DNA of 64,000 nucleotides from an uncultured Chloroflexia bacterium (GCA_963797095.1 CAWCNY010000004.1:640001-704000); one strand, 5' to 3'; numbered from the stretch's first letter, positions 9,844 through 19,369 are shown. Notes: generated from the letters alone by a model not told the origin. Numbers and translations are program-made.

Positions 9844-10728
9844 CTAGCGAACCACGTCCTTTACCTGGAAGAAGGCGTTCACGAAGCCGTCCATCCCTTC
9901 CAGCTTACGCGAGTTCCAATCGGCTACGCTAACGGTGATCAGGGGCCGACCCGATACTGAGATAAACAGCGTGCGCTTCACCCACAGGAAGTACATTATC
10001 AACAATAGCAGGCCAAGCACTCCCAGCACGATCCCGACGAAAATGGGGTCTACCGTGTACAAGAGGGGCCATGTCGACTCGAATTGGCTGTGGGCTATTG
10101 ATAGATAGATGCCTGCGGCGGCCAGGCCGAGGAAAACCAGGCCAAAGAAAAGGCTCCATCCCGAAGAACGCTCGGTAAGGGTGCCAACCGCGTCCACGTC
10201 CCGCAGAAAGGCCGCACGCACTACGCTGGGGGCCAGCAGTATCACGCGCTTGTTCGTGAGGTATAGCGCGCCCAACTGGAACACCACGCTCTCCTCCGGC
10301 AATAGCTCAATCGCCCCCTTTGGGACAACCCTGGAAGCAGCCTGCACAGCCGGAGCCGGCACCGCCGAAGCCACGGCTGTGCCTCCACTTGCGGGCATGG
10401 CGCTAGAAGCCATCATTCCACCTGCTACCGGCTCGCGAACAGGTTGGGCAGGCAGTTGCGAGCCTGCATAACCCGCTCCCTGTCCGTATGGCGAGGTGCT
10501 TGCCACGGTAGGCGCGCCACTCGCATTCATTCCGTTGGGTGAGTAATCGGAGGGTTGTGATTCGACGGTCGGGCGCGCGTCATAACCCAGGTTTCTGGGC
10601 GCTACCGGAGGCGCTGACGCGCTTTCCTGGCCTGCGAGACCCGTCAGCAGGAGGCCGCACCGTGGGCAAGCCTGAGCGTCAGGCTGTACGGCTCCACGGC
10701 AGCGCGGACAAACAATCAAGGTAGCCAA
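9844..10728 (-). CDS. Zinc-ribbon membrane protein with a PH-like (YLTNKRVI) domain
   Basis: CPRC-x10-CPRC N-terminus, Ala/Pro linker, two TM helices; TTG start. Confidence 0.7.
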   Translation of the reverse strand: MATLIVCPRCRGAVQPDAQACPRCGLLLTGLAGQESASAPPVAPRNLGYDARPTVESQPSDYSPNGMNASGAPTVASTSPYGQGAGYAGSQLPAQPVREPVAGGMMASSAMPASGGTAVASAVPAPAVQAASRVVPKGAIELLPEESVVFQLGALYLTNKRVILLAPSVVRAAFLRDVDAVGTLTERSSGWSLFFGLVFLGLAAAGIYLSIAHSQFESTWPLLYTVDPIFVGIVLGVLGLLLLIMYFLWVKRTLFISVSGRPLITVSVADWNSRKLEGMDGFVNAFFQVKDVVR

Positions 10729-10832
10729 ATAACCTTTTCCCTTCGTGTGTTCTGGACCAATAGAAGATGAATTACAGAGTGCAATTTCAAATCATCGGTT
10801 GTTCGCCTGATTTGTGAGGAAAGTATATCATA

Positions 10833-12038
10833 GTGGATATGTACCCGCAATCAAATAGACGGCCGCAAGCGGCAGGGATTTCCGATGTGCAAGACCCTGC
10901 ACCCCTTGAGATGTGGCTGCGAGATCGTATCCGGCGGGCTGGCCCGATTACTCTTGCCGAGTTCATGGATTGTGCCCTCTACCACCCCCAGTACGGCTAC
11001 TACACCACAGGTCCGAATATCGGGCCGCGAGGCGACTTCGTGACCAGCCCGGAGGCATCGCCCGCGTTCGGCAAACTTTTCGCGTCCCACCTGGCGGAGA
11101 TCGATGGCATGCTGGGGAAACCAGCCACGTTCAATGCAATAGAGTTCGGGCCGGGCAGAGGCACTCTCGCGAGCGATCTCCTCGGTGAGGTGCGCGGGCG
11201 CTACCCTGGGCTCTATTCCAGGGTGAAGTATTGGCTGGTAGACATCAGCCCATCATTGAGCGATAGCCAGAGAGAGAGACTTTTGCCTGATCACGAAGGG
11301 AAGGTCGAGTGGCGAACAGGCGTGGCCGAATTGCCCGATAGGCTGACGGGGGCTATGATCGGCAACGAGGTCGTTGATGCTTTTCCGGTGCACGTAATCG
11401 AGAACAAGGAGGGAGATCTATACGAACAGTACGTGGCGCTGGATCGCGAAAGCAACCTCACAATTGAGCTACGGCCCCTTTCCGACCCACGACTGGAGTC
11501 GTTCCTGGCAAACGAAGGGATCGAAGTCGGACCAGGTGAACGTATCGAAGTGAATTTGGCGGTAGAGTCCTGGCTGAATGGAGTCGCGTCAGCCATGGAG
11601 CATGGCGTAGTTACCCTGATTGACTACGGGGATGAAGCGCCCGCGCGCTACTCGGCGGCGCGGCGCGAAGGCACGTTGCTTGGCTATTATGGTGGAGCCG
11701 TGACCGACGCAGTGCTTGCTCACCCTGGCAGGCAAGACCTCACAGCGCTGGTCGATTTCACAGCCCTCAAGCATGCAGCCGAGCGAGCAGGTTTCGACAT
11801 TATTGGGAGCACAAGGCAGGCCAACTTTCTACTCGGCCTCGGCCTTGGCTCAACTCACACCCCGGAAACAGCGGTTGAGCCAAACAATCTGGACACCGCC
11901 CTAAACTACAGGCGTGGCCTACAGACCTTGGTCTCGATGGAGGGGTTAGGGCGCTTTCATGTGCTATTACTCGGCAAGGGCCTAGAAAGCGAAATAGCGC
12001 GAAGCAAGCTCTCAGCGCTCAAGTACATGGGAATTTAG
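10833..12038 (+). CDS. MidA/NDUFAF7-family SAM-dependent methyltransferase
   Basis: FMDCALYHPQYGYY, GDFVTSPE, EFGPGRG, NEVVDAFP, IDYG, QDLTALVDF. Confidence 0.93.
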   Translation: MDMYPQSNRRPQAAGISDVQDPAPLEMWLRDRIRRAGPITLAEFMDCALYHPQYGYYTTGPNIGPRGDFVTSPEASPAFGKLFASHLAEIDGMLGKPATFNAIEFGPGRGTLASDLLGEVRGRYPGLYSRVKYWLVDISPSLSDSQRERLLPDHEGKVEWRTGVAELPDRLTGAMIGNEVVDAFPVHVIENKEGDLYEQYVALDRESNLTIELRPLSDPRLESFLANEGIEVGPGERIEVNLAVESWLNGVASAMEHGVVTLIDYGDEAPARYSAARREGTLLGYYGGAVTDAVLAHPGRQDLTALVDFTALKHAAERAGFDIIGSTRQANFLLGLGLGSTHTPETAVEPNNLDTALNYRRGLQTLVSMEGLGRFHVLLLGKGLESEIARSKLSALKYMGI

Positions 12039-12208
12039 CATCGGTCGTATGCGTGCCCACAAGAGTCAATGATGCCTCACATCCATGTACTAAGCTTGTG
12101 ATTTAACTACCAAGCGAGCGCGAGTTTGGGTACTAGGTCCGTTGGCGAATCTATGATTCACTGAGTGCCCCAACAGCGATCTTTCCTTTAACCTTCATCA
12201 CTTATGTG

Positions 12209-12326
12209 CTATACCAGGTGTGAGGGACTGGCCCCTGGGACTCTTCGGTAGACCGTCTTCCCATTTTGAGAGAGTCTGGTACCTGCTGGCAAGCTACAAA
12301 CCCTTCATGCTCGGCAGACTAGAGAC
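12209..12326 (+). promoter_or_regulatory. Structured leader resembling a SAM-I riboswitch (variant or decayed)
   Basis: GAGGGACTGGCCC core, GGTAGACC...GGTACC P3-like helix, GCAAGC...GCTCGGCAGA P4-like helix; P1 and pseudoknot do not match the consensus. Confidence 0.35.
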
Positions 12327-12332
12327 TGAGCC

Positions 12333-12376
12333 GCGCCTGTCATGAGGAAAGCTCTTCCTTGACAGGCCGCTTGTTT
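12333..12376 (+). terminator. Leader terminator/attenuator upstream of ABC exporter genes
   Basis: GCGCCTGTCA-TGAGGAA...TTCCT-TGACAGGCCGC followed by TTGTTT. Confidence 0.65.
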
Positions 12377-12455
12377 CGCTTGGATTGTGTATTCTACCCA
12401 ATTTGGACACACAAACCGATCGATTTTCTCAACGCGGGTCGCCGCGAGGAGCGCT

Positions 12456-13396
12456 ATGCCAGAATCGATTATTCACACTGAACACCTTTCCCGCTTCTTT
12501 GGCACCGTCAAAGCGGTCGATGATCTCTCGCTGGATGTGCCTGCAGGCATCGTCTTTGGCTTTCTGGGACCAAATGGGGCGGGCAAAACCACGACCATCC
12601 CCCTGCTGCTGGGCCTGCTGGAACCAACGACGGGGCAAGCGTGGATCCTGGACTTTGATATCCGCACCCACGCCGACGCTATTCGCGCCCGCACTGGCGC
12701 TCTGCTTGAGTTTGCCGGCCTCTACGAGCGCATGAGTGCCGAAGATAATATAATCTCGACCTGTACGGGCGCATCTACCACATGCCTGCGCCCGCTCGGC
12801 GGGCCCGCATCCAAGAACTGTTCGCCCACCTGGATCTCTGGGAACGCCGCCGCGATCCTGTAGGGAACTGGAGCCGGGGCATGAAGCAGAAACTCGCCGT
12901 CGCCTGCGCGCTCTTGCACCACCCCCCACTCATCTTCCTGGATCAGCCGACGGCCTGGTTTGATCCCGCGGCGGCAGCGGCCTTGCGCGATGATCTTGCA
13001 AGCCTGGTTGCCCACGAAGGAGTGACGGTCTTCCTCAACACCCACAATCTGACCGAGGCTGAAAAACTCTGTGCCCAGGTGGGCGTGATTCGGCAGGGCA
13101 AACTCGTCACAGTTGGCAGCCCCGATGAGTTGCGTATCAGGACCGGCGGTCCGCAGGCAGAGATCGTGGGGCGCGGCTTCACCGAACAGATGCTTATGGC
13201 GCTCCGAGCGCGACCGGAGGTCGCCAGGGCAGAGCTACAGAACGGTCATCTCGTTCTGGAATTGCGCGGCGAGAGCGATACTGCCCCGCTCGTGAGCCTG
13301 CTGGTACCAGCAGGCGCAGAGGTGGAGGAAGTGCACCGGGGCAAGGCCAGTCTGGAAGACGTGTTTCTGACCATGATGGGGGAAGAGCAGAGATGA
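12456..13396 (+). pseudogene. ABC exporter ATP-binding subunit, frameshifted
   Basis: GPNGAGKT in one frame and WSRGMKQ/LDQPT in another; ATAAT duplicated at 12745-12754; Walker B Glu is Gln. Confidence 0.88.
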
Positions 13397-14106
13397 ACGA
13401 CATCTGGACCATGATCTGGAAAGAAACGAAAGACTCAGTCTTGCAGGTAGGGTTGGCGGCCTTGATCCGTCCCCTGCTCTTGATGGGCATTCTGGGGATC
13501 GTTTTTCCGTTGCGCTTTGGACTCGAGTGGCTGGCCCTAATACCCATCGTTGTGGGAATTGTCGTCTATTTTCCTTTCATACTCGTTCTCAGTTTCGTGG
13601 GCGATGCCATCGCCGGGGAGCTGGAACGCCATACGCTGGAAACGCTGCTGGCCGGCCGTATCAGCGATAGCGCGATCGTGCTGGGCAAGATCATCGTGAC
13701 TACCTTCTATGCCTGGAGCACGGCCCTGCTTGGGCTGCTGCTGGACCTGGTCGTGGCCAACCTGTCCAAAGGGCAGGGGAGCTGGCAGTTCTATACGTGT
13801 ATCGACTTGCTCCTGGAGGTACTCGGATTGAGCCTGTTGAGCGGTCTGCCGGGGGTGAGTGGAGACGTGCTGATCTCGATGCGCTCAGCCACGGTGCGGC
13901 AGGCGCAACAAGTCTTAATCGTGGCCATGTTGGTGCTGGTCGGAGGAGGGGTAGGGCTGATCAGATTCCTGCCGGCGGACGCGATTTCCTCGCTCAGCGA
14001 ATCCCAGATCTGGCAGATTGCCATGGCCGTGCTTGCCGTTCTGGATGCGCTCTTGCTGGCAGTCTCGCTGGTGAGTTTCCGCCGCACGCGTCTCATGTTG
14101 AGCTAA
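13393..14106 (+). CDS. ABC-2 type permease
   Basis: IWKE, AGELERHTLETLLA, IVLGK motifs; 6 TM; ATGA overlap with the ATPase. Confidence 0.88.
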   Translation: MNDIWTMIWKETKDSVLQVGLAALIRPLLLMGILGIVFPLRFGLEWLALIPIVVGIVVYFPFILVLSFVGDAIAGELERHTLETLLAGRISDSAIVLGKIIVTTFYAWSTALLGLLLDLVVANLSKGQGSWQFYTCIDLLLEVLGLSLLSGLPGVSGDVLISMRSATVRQAQQVLIVAMLVLVGGGVGLIRFLPADAISSLSESQIWQIAMAVLAVLDALLLAVSLVSFRRTRLMLS

Positions 14107-14173
14107 GGCATGCCTACTCCTCTCCGCCCGTCACCTCGCTGAATTCCACATTCCGAACCGAAAAATCACCCGA

Positions 14174-14296
14174 AAGTACACCCCAAAACCTGTCCCCTTT
14201 TGCCTCACCAATGCCCTATAGTATATGAGGGCAAGAATAACCATCTGCCGATCGACATACCAAAATCTGAATCACCCACTGTACTGAAGTACGCAT
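14174..14296 (+). repeat. Dispersed 123-bp non-coding module, copy A
   Basis: Ungapped manual alignment to the reverse complement of 33180-33302: 60/70 identical at the 5' end, 91/123 overall. Confidence 0.85.
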
Positions 14297-14433
14297 CCTC
14301 ACCCCAATCTTACCCGCCTCCTACCGGGGTAAGCGCACAGCACGAAGAAAGGAGCCATTCCTATAAGCGTTATGCGGCAGCATTGCCTCCAGGCAACCTT
14401 ATCACTAAAAGGTAGATGACGTTTACGCGCGGA

Positions 14434-15935
14434 GGGTGCGTGTCAGGTTTTAGGCAAGGGGAAAAGATGATACCCTACAGGTAGAACATCCCGGCTATGG
14501 CCGAAATCCTGGGGGGTATCATCTATGGAAGTGAACAGTCAGCTTCAGGCCGTTTGTGACCTGTCGCCTATGCTCAACAGTATTGTGCAAGAATTCGAGG
14601 AGCGTGTCAAACAACTTTGGCGCTTCAGCCAGCACAATCCACAGGCGGACTTCGCCCAATTGGAACAGCAGGCTCGCCGCTTGAGCACAGAATGCTTCGC
14701 AGGGGCCTTGCAAACAGCCGTCCAACTGCATAGGCTCAGCATAGAAGAAGCCTGGTTGCTGGGCCAACAGTGCTGCGAGTGTGGACGACCAACCCGATAC
14801 AAAGGCAAGCACAAGCGCACCCTTCAAACCTGGGTAGGGCAAGTCACGTTGGAGAGGGGATACTTCCACTGTGCGGGGTGCGACACGGGACGCTACCCAC
14901 TGGACGAGGCCCTGGGCATACCAGCCAGAACCCAATACTCTGATGGAGTGCAACAGGGAGTGTGCTTGTTAGGAGTGCAACTGCCTTTCGAGCGCGCTTC
15001 CCATTCTTTGCAGATGCTTTCGGGCATCAGCATCTCCCCTAAAGAAGCACAACGCATAACAGAGCAGAGGGGTCTTGCGTTGGAGGAACACCTGCAAGCA
15101 GAAGGTCAACTCCTGCTAAAAGGTGAGGTGGGTTCAGGTTCAGGCTCAGGCTCAGGCTCAGGCTCAGATGGAGTATGGGCAGTAGCATTAGACGCGGGCA
15201 GGGTGCGGTATGAAGATGGGTGCAATGATACGAAGGCTGGGGTAGTATTTTGGGCCGAGCCGAAACGCAATGAGCAAGGGGAGATAGATGGTGCGCAAGC
15301 AGTGGAGAAGAGCCAAAGCTACATTGGGCAGGTCGGCTCAATGGAGGAAGCGGGAGAGCGGTTAGGGGGCGAAGCTGCAAGGCGAGGGATTGGTACACAG
15401 GAGAGGGTGGTGTGCCTGGGGGACGGAGCACCCTCAAACTGGAACCAATTCGAGATGCACTTTGCCAACCGCATAGAGGTGCTGGACTGGTATCATGCCA
15501 CCGAGCACCTATGGGAGGCAGGCAACGGGCTGTTTGGGCAGGGCACAGCAGAGGCGGTGGGTTGGGTGAAGGCGCGGGAGAAGGAGTTGTGGGAAGGGGA
15601 GGTACAAGCAGTGATACGGGCGTTGCACAAGGAGGGGCGTAGAGAGGGAATACAAGGAGAGGCTGCGAGTGAGCAGATACACTACTTCGAAACTAATCGA
15701 GAGAGAATGCGCTACTTGGAATACCGAGCAATGGGTTGTCCGATTGGTAGCGGCACGGTAGAAAGTGCGTGCAAACAACTGATAGGTGCCCGCTTGAAAG
15801 GGGCGGGCATGTGCTGGGGAAAGTCCGGTTGTCAAGGGGTGCTCACACTACGGGCTGAGTTACTGAGCGAGCGGTGGGACCAAAGCTGGCCCAAGACCCG
15901 GATCAGAAAAGTCGCCTAAATCCTGACATGCACCC
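14434..15935 (+). mobile_element. ISKra4-family (prokaryotic Mutator-like) insertion sequence
   Basis: TIRs GGGTGCGTGTCAGGTTTTAGGC / GGGTGCATGTCAGGATTTAGGC (20/22); single transposase; no clean target duplication. Confidence 0.9.
14525..15919 (+). CDS. ISKra4/UPF0236-type DDE transposase
   Basis: CxxC pairs, YPLDEALG, ALDAG, LGDGA, LDWYHATEHL, PIGSGTVESACK. Confidence 0.93.
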   Translation: MEVNSQLQAVCDLSPMLNSIVQEFEERVKQLWRFSQHNPQADFAQLEQQARRLSTECFAGALQTAVQLHRLSIEEAWLLGQQCCECGRPTRYKGKHKRTLQTWVGQVTLERGYFHCAGCDTGRYPLDEALGIPARTQYSDGVQQGVCLLGVQLPFERASHSLQMLSGISISPKEAQRITEQRGLALEEHLQAEGQLLLKGEVGSGSGSGSGSGSDGVWAVALDAGRVRYEDGCNDTKAGVVFWAEPKRNEQGEIDGAQAVEKSQSYIGQVGSMEEAGERLGGEAARRGIGTQERVVCLGDGAPSNWNQFEMHFANRIEVLDWYHATEHLWEAGNGLFGQGTAEAVGWVKAREKELWEGEVQAVIRALHKEGRREGIQGEAASEQIHYFETNRERMRYLEYRAMGCPIGSGTVESACKQLIGARLKGAGMCWGKSGCQGVLTLRAELLSERWDQSWPKTRIRKVA

Positions 15936-15950
15936 CAAGCGGCGTTCAGG

Positions 15951-15979
15951 TTGACACAAGACGCCCAATTTCGTATAAT
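15951..15979 (+). promoter_or_regulatory. Consensus sigma70 promoter of rpmI-rplT
   Basis: TTGACA-17 nt-TATAAT. Confidence 0.9.
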
Positions 15980-16062
15980 TACCGTCTGTGACCTGCAAAG
16001 GTCGGTTGCGAGAGTGTGCCGGTTTCGCGCTATATTTGAGAATTGTAATAGGAGAAGGCTCA

Positions 16063-16263
16063 ATGCCAAAGATGAAGACCCATAAGGGCGCTGCGAGGCG
16101 CTTCAAGATCACCGCCACCGGGCGTATCATGCGCACCAAGCACATGAAGAGCCACTTCCGAAGGCGGAAGGCTCCCCGCGTGAAGCGTATGTTCGATAGG
16201 ATGCTGCCTCTCGACAAGAGCCAGAAGAAGAACATAGAGAGATTGTTGCCCTACGGCGTCTAG
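16063..16263 (+). CDS. rpmI: 50S ribosomal protein L35
   Basis: MPKMKTHKGAARRFKITATG...LLPY; GGAG RBS. Confidence 0.97.
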   Translation: MPKMKTHKGAARRFKITATGRIMRTKHMKSHFRRRKAPRVKRMFDRMLPLDKSQKKNIERLLPYGV

Positions 16264-16317
16264 TTTACACAAGGCAGCGAGTAATATGCTGCCGGCAAGC
16301 AGTTTCAGGAGATATCG

Positions 16318-16713
16318 ATGCCAAGAGTTAAGAGAGGCGTAACCAGGCACCGGCGGCATGTAAAGATAATTAAGGCCGCGTCAGGGTACAGGGGCACGCG
16401 ACACCGTCTGTTCAGGTTCGCCAACCAGATCGTTATGAAGGCGCGAGCCTACCAGTACCGGGACCGCCGCGTCCGCAAGCGCCAGATGCGCCGCCTTTGG
16501 ATCGTTCGTATCAACGCGGCGGCCCGCATGGGCGGGCTGTCCTATAGCAAATTCATCTACGGTTTGTCTCAGGCCGGGGTCACCCTCGACCGCAAGACGC
16601 TGGCCGAACTGGCCGTGCGAGACAGCGCGACATTCTCCCGGCTGGTCGAGATGGCAGGAGGGAAAGCAATAGTACCCGACGCCACGGCCACAGCAACCGC
16701 TAACAACGCCTAA
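16318..16713 (+). CDS. rplT: 50S ribosomal protein L20
   Basis: MPRVKRG...[24 protein letters not shown]...[11 protein letters not shown]. Confidence 0.98.
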   Translation: MPRVKRGVTRHRRHVKIIKAASGYRGTRHRLFRFANQIVMKARAYQYRDRRVRKRQMRRLWIVRINAAARMGGLSYSKFIYGLSQAGVTLDRKTLAELAVRDSATFSRLVEMAGGKAIVPDATATATANNA

Positions 16714-16727
16714 TTACCCCCACCCCA

Positions 16728-16763
16728 TCAAACGGCGGCTCTCCCCCAAGGGCCGCCGTTTGA
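16728..16763 (+). terminator. Hairpin/terminator after rplT
   Basis: TCAAACGGCGGCTCT-CCCCCA-AGGGCCGCCGTTTGA. Confidence 0.7.
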
Positions 16764-16781
16764 CGTTCGTAAGTTGCCCAC

Positions 16782-17618
16782 ATGATCGACAGCCCTTCCA
16801 ATCCACTCGTCAAGGAAATGCAGGCTCTCCAGGCGCCCAAGGGGCGGCGTGAGCAAGGGCGATTTCTGGTGGAGGGGGTGCGCCTCGTATCGGATGCCCT
16901 GGATGCAGGGAGGCAACCCAGATCGGTGCTATTCAATCACGATGCCCTTACGAAGACCGGAACAGGCAGTCATCTGCTCTATCGTCTGCTTGGAGCCCAG
17001 GAGCAGCAGCACTTCCGTGGCCGGGTCATGGAGGCCAGCGAGCGGGCAATTGGGGCCGCATCAAGCACGCAACATGCGCAGGGAGTGGTTGCTTCCTTCC
17101 AGATTGAAGACCCTGGCCCACCTCACAAAAGCGCAGATGACGCGCCAGTGCTGATTTGCGATGATATTCAGGACCCCGGCAATCTGGGCACGATCCTTCG
17201 CAGTGCATCAGCGGCAGGAGTGGCGGGTGTGCTCCTGACCGGCGATTGCGTTGATCTCTATAACCCGAAGGTGGTAAGGGCAGGCATGGGCGCTCACTTT
17301 CGGCTTCCCATCTACCATGATTTGTCCTGGGAGCGCATCGCACAATCGTTGGAGGAAATGAGCGTAGAGCTTGGTAGATTGTTCGCAACAGAGGCAGGAG
17401 CCACCCGGACTTACGATGAGGTTGATTGGACCCAACCTGCGGGGCTGGTAGTATCAAACGAAGCACATGGCCTCAGTATCGAAGCGCGGAAAGCAGCACA
17501 AGGTGGCCTGATAAGCATACCGATGAAGGGCGGCACCGAGTCGCTGAACGCGGCTATGGCTGCGACGATAGTGCTTTTTGAAGCCGCACGCCAACGGCGG
17601 CGAACTGGTGGAGCATGA
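16782..17618 (+). CDS. TrmH/SpoU-family RNA methyltransferase
   Basis: QDPGNLGTILRSA, SNEAHG, ESLNAAMA. Confidence 0.95.
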   Translation: MIDSPSNPLVKEMQALQAPKGRREQGRFLVEGVRLVSDALDAGRQPRSVLFNHDALTKTGTGSHLLYRLLGAQEQQHFRGRVMEASERAIGAASSTQHAQGVVASFQIEDPGPPHKSADDAPVLICDDIQDPGNLGTILRSASAAGVAGVLLTGDCVDLYNPKVVRAGMGAHFRLPIYHDLSWERIAQSLEEMSVELGRLFATEAGATRTYDEVDWTQPAGLVVSNEAHGLSIEARKAAQGGLISIPMKGGTESLNAAMAATIVLFEAARQRRRTGGA

Positions 17619-18307
17619 TCGCACCTGGCACCGACATTCCGACGAACGGCAGGAATAGACCCAGCGTGTGGGTGCTGGCATCCGGACCTGCACCCGACCT
17701 TGAGTTTACGCTGGGCCATATACCCACGTCCGACATCGTGATCGCGGCAGATGGCGGGAGCGTGCTCGCCGAACACCTCGGGCTGACCCCCAGGCTCATT
17801 ATCGGTGACGTGGATAGCAGCCCATCCGAACTGGTGGCGCGCTTCGAGCAAGCCGGTGCGCAGATACGGCGCTACGACCACAACACCAAGTGGGAAACGG
17901 ACACGGAGCTTGCGCTGTTGGCAGCGCTCGAATGGCAGCCTAGCTCGATCTACATTTTAGGGGCCATTGGAGGTAGGCTTGATCATGCGCTTGCCAATGT
18001 GCTCCTACTCACCAATCCGCGATTTGCACCACTCGATATTCGCATCGTTGATGGCAGGAATGAGCTAATGCTGGCCAAGCCGGGCCGGTGGAATGACATT
18101 CCAGGGAAGGTGGAAAGCACAGTCAGCCTGTTGCCAATCGGAGAGGCCGCGACCGGCGTTCGCACACGCGGCCTCCACTGGCCCCTGGATGGGGAAACGC
18201 TTCCGGTTGGGCAGGGTCGGGGCGTCAGCAACCTGATCGATGACCAGGGAAGCGCTGCGGTCTTCTACGAAGGCGGCGCGTTGCTGGTGGCCGTTGTGCA
18301 TGCGTAA
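17615..18307 (+). CDS. thiN: Thiamine diphosphokinase
   Basis: AADGG, IIGDVDS, ETDTELAL, GGRLDH, GLHWPL, GVSN. Confidence 0.93.
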   Translation: MIAPGTDIPTNGRNRPSVWVLASGPAPDLEFTLGHIPTSDIVIAADGGSVLAEHLGLTPRLIIGDVDSSPSELVARFEQAGAQIRRYDHNTKWETDTELALLAALEWQPSSIYILGAIGGRLDHALANVLLLTNPRFAPLDIRIVDGRNELMLAKPGRWNDIPGKVESTVSLLPIGEAATGVRTRGLHWPLDGETLPVGQGRGVSNLIDDQGSAAVFYEGGALLVAVVHA

Positions 18308-18328
18308 TACACGACTTTCTCCTAATGC

Positions 18329-19369
18329 CTACTGTTGGGGCAGGTAGTCGTTGGTGAACATTTCATCGAACTTCAGGTCGGCAGGTGTGATCACCTTCCC
18401 ATCGGTTGACTTCAGAAGGCCCGTGTTGGCGAGATAGGTTGGGAAGTCCGTCCACTTCTGCAGGCTCTGGAGGCCCCATCGCGGCTGATCGGCCTTGTAA
18501 TAAGGAGCTAGGTATTCCTGGCTCTTGCGTGGCAGGTCTGGGCTCGAGAATGTGCCGGATGGTGCAGCTTTGATCAGGAGGTCGGCGGCATCATCGGGGT
18601 TAGTCACACCGTATTCATAGCCGCGCGCGGTAGCCTCAAGGAAGCGCTTGGGCACATCACCGTGATCTTTCAAAAATGTCTCGCTGGCGATAATCACCGG
18701 CGTGTAATAGTCGGGCACCCCGTAGTCCTTCACCAGGAAGGTATTTAGCTCGACCCCGTCGAGCTGTGCCTGAATTCCTTCCCAGCCCATATATATCCAG
18801 ACGAAATCGGCCTGGTTCGCTACCACAGCATCCAATCCGTACAGGTTAGCCGTGATGTTCCGGAAAGACGGATCGGTCACACCGTCGTGCTCCATCATAG
18901 TCTTGAGGATTGGCTCTTCATATGGAGTGCCGAAGCCAGCATATCTCTTGCCGTTCAGCTTCGCCATCGTATCTAGACCGGAGCTTTTGAGGGAGGCCAG
19001 CGCGGAGGTATTGGTCTGTAGGATCGCGGCTACAGACTTCACCGAGAGATTATCTACCCGGTCCAGCACCACCGACTCGGCAAAACTCACACCGAGGTCA
19101 GCCTGCCCTGTAGCAACCAGCGTATCGGGCGTATTGGCGTCAGAATATGGGAGGAATTGCACGTCCAGGTTGGCGTCGCGATACCATCCCTGTTGCTGCG
19201 CCACGTAGATACCCGTGTGGTTGGTGTTGGGAGTCCAGTCGAGAGCGAAGCGCACCCTGTCAGGCGTGCTACTCTGGGGAGTGGGCGTTGCGCCGCTGCC
19301 GCTATCGCACGCCGTGAGCACAAAGCTCGCTAGGAGAATGCCGGTTATTATGCCTGGGAGACTTTTCAT
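18329..19369 (-). CDS. ThiY/NMT1-THI5-like ABC substrate-binding lipoprotein
   Basis: LTAC lipobox, LDWTPNTNHTG, GVPDYYTP, FTNDYLP. Confidence 0.92.
   Translation of the reverse strand: MKSLPGIITGILLASFVLTACDSGSGATPTPQSSTPDRVRFALDWTPNTNHTGIYVAQQQGWYRDANLDVQFLPYSDANTPDTLVATGQADLGVSFAESVVLDRVDNLSVKSVAAILQTNTSALASLKSSGLDTMAKLNGKRYAGFGTPYEEPILKTMMEHDGVTDPSFRNITANLYGLDAVVANQADFVWIYMGWEGIQAQLDGVELNTFLVKDYGVPDYYTPVIIASETFLKDHGDVPKRFLEATARGYEYGVTNPDDAADLLIKAAPSGTFSSPDLPRKSQEYLAPYYKADQPRWGLQSLQKWTDFPTYLANTGLLKSTDGKVITPADLKFDEMFTNDYLPQQ

Noticed and set aside
14350-14420. infC remnant with an ATA/ATT start upstream of rpmI
   Set aside because: Translation (ISVMRQHCLQ...) does not resemble IF3
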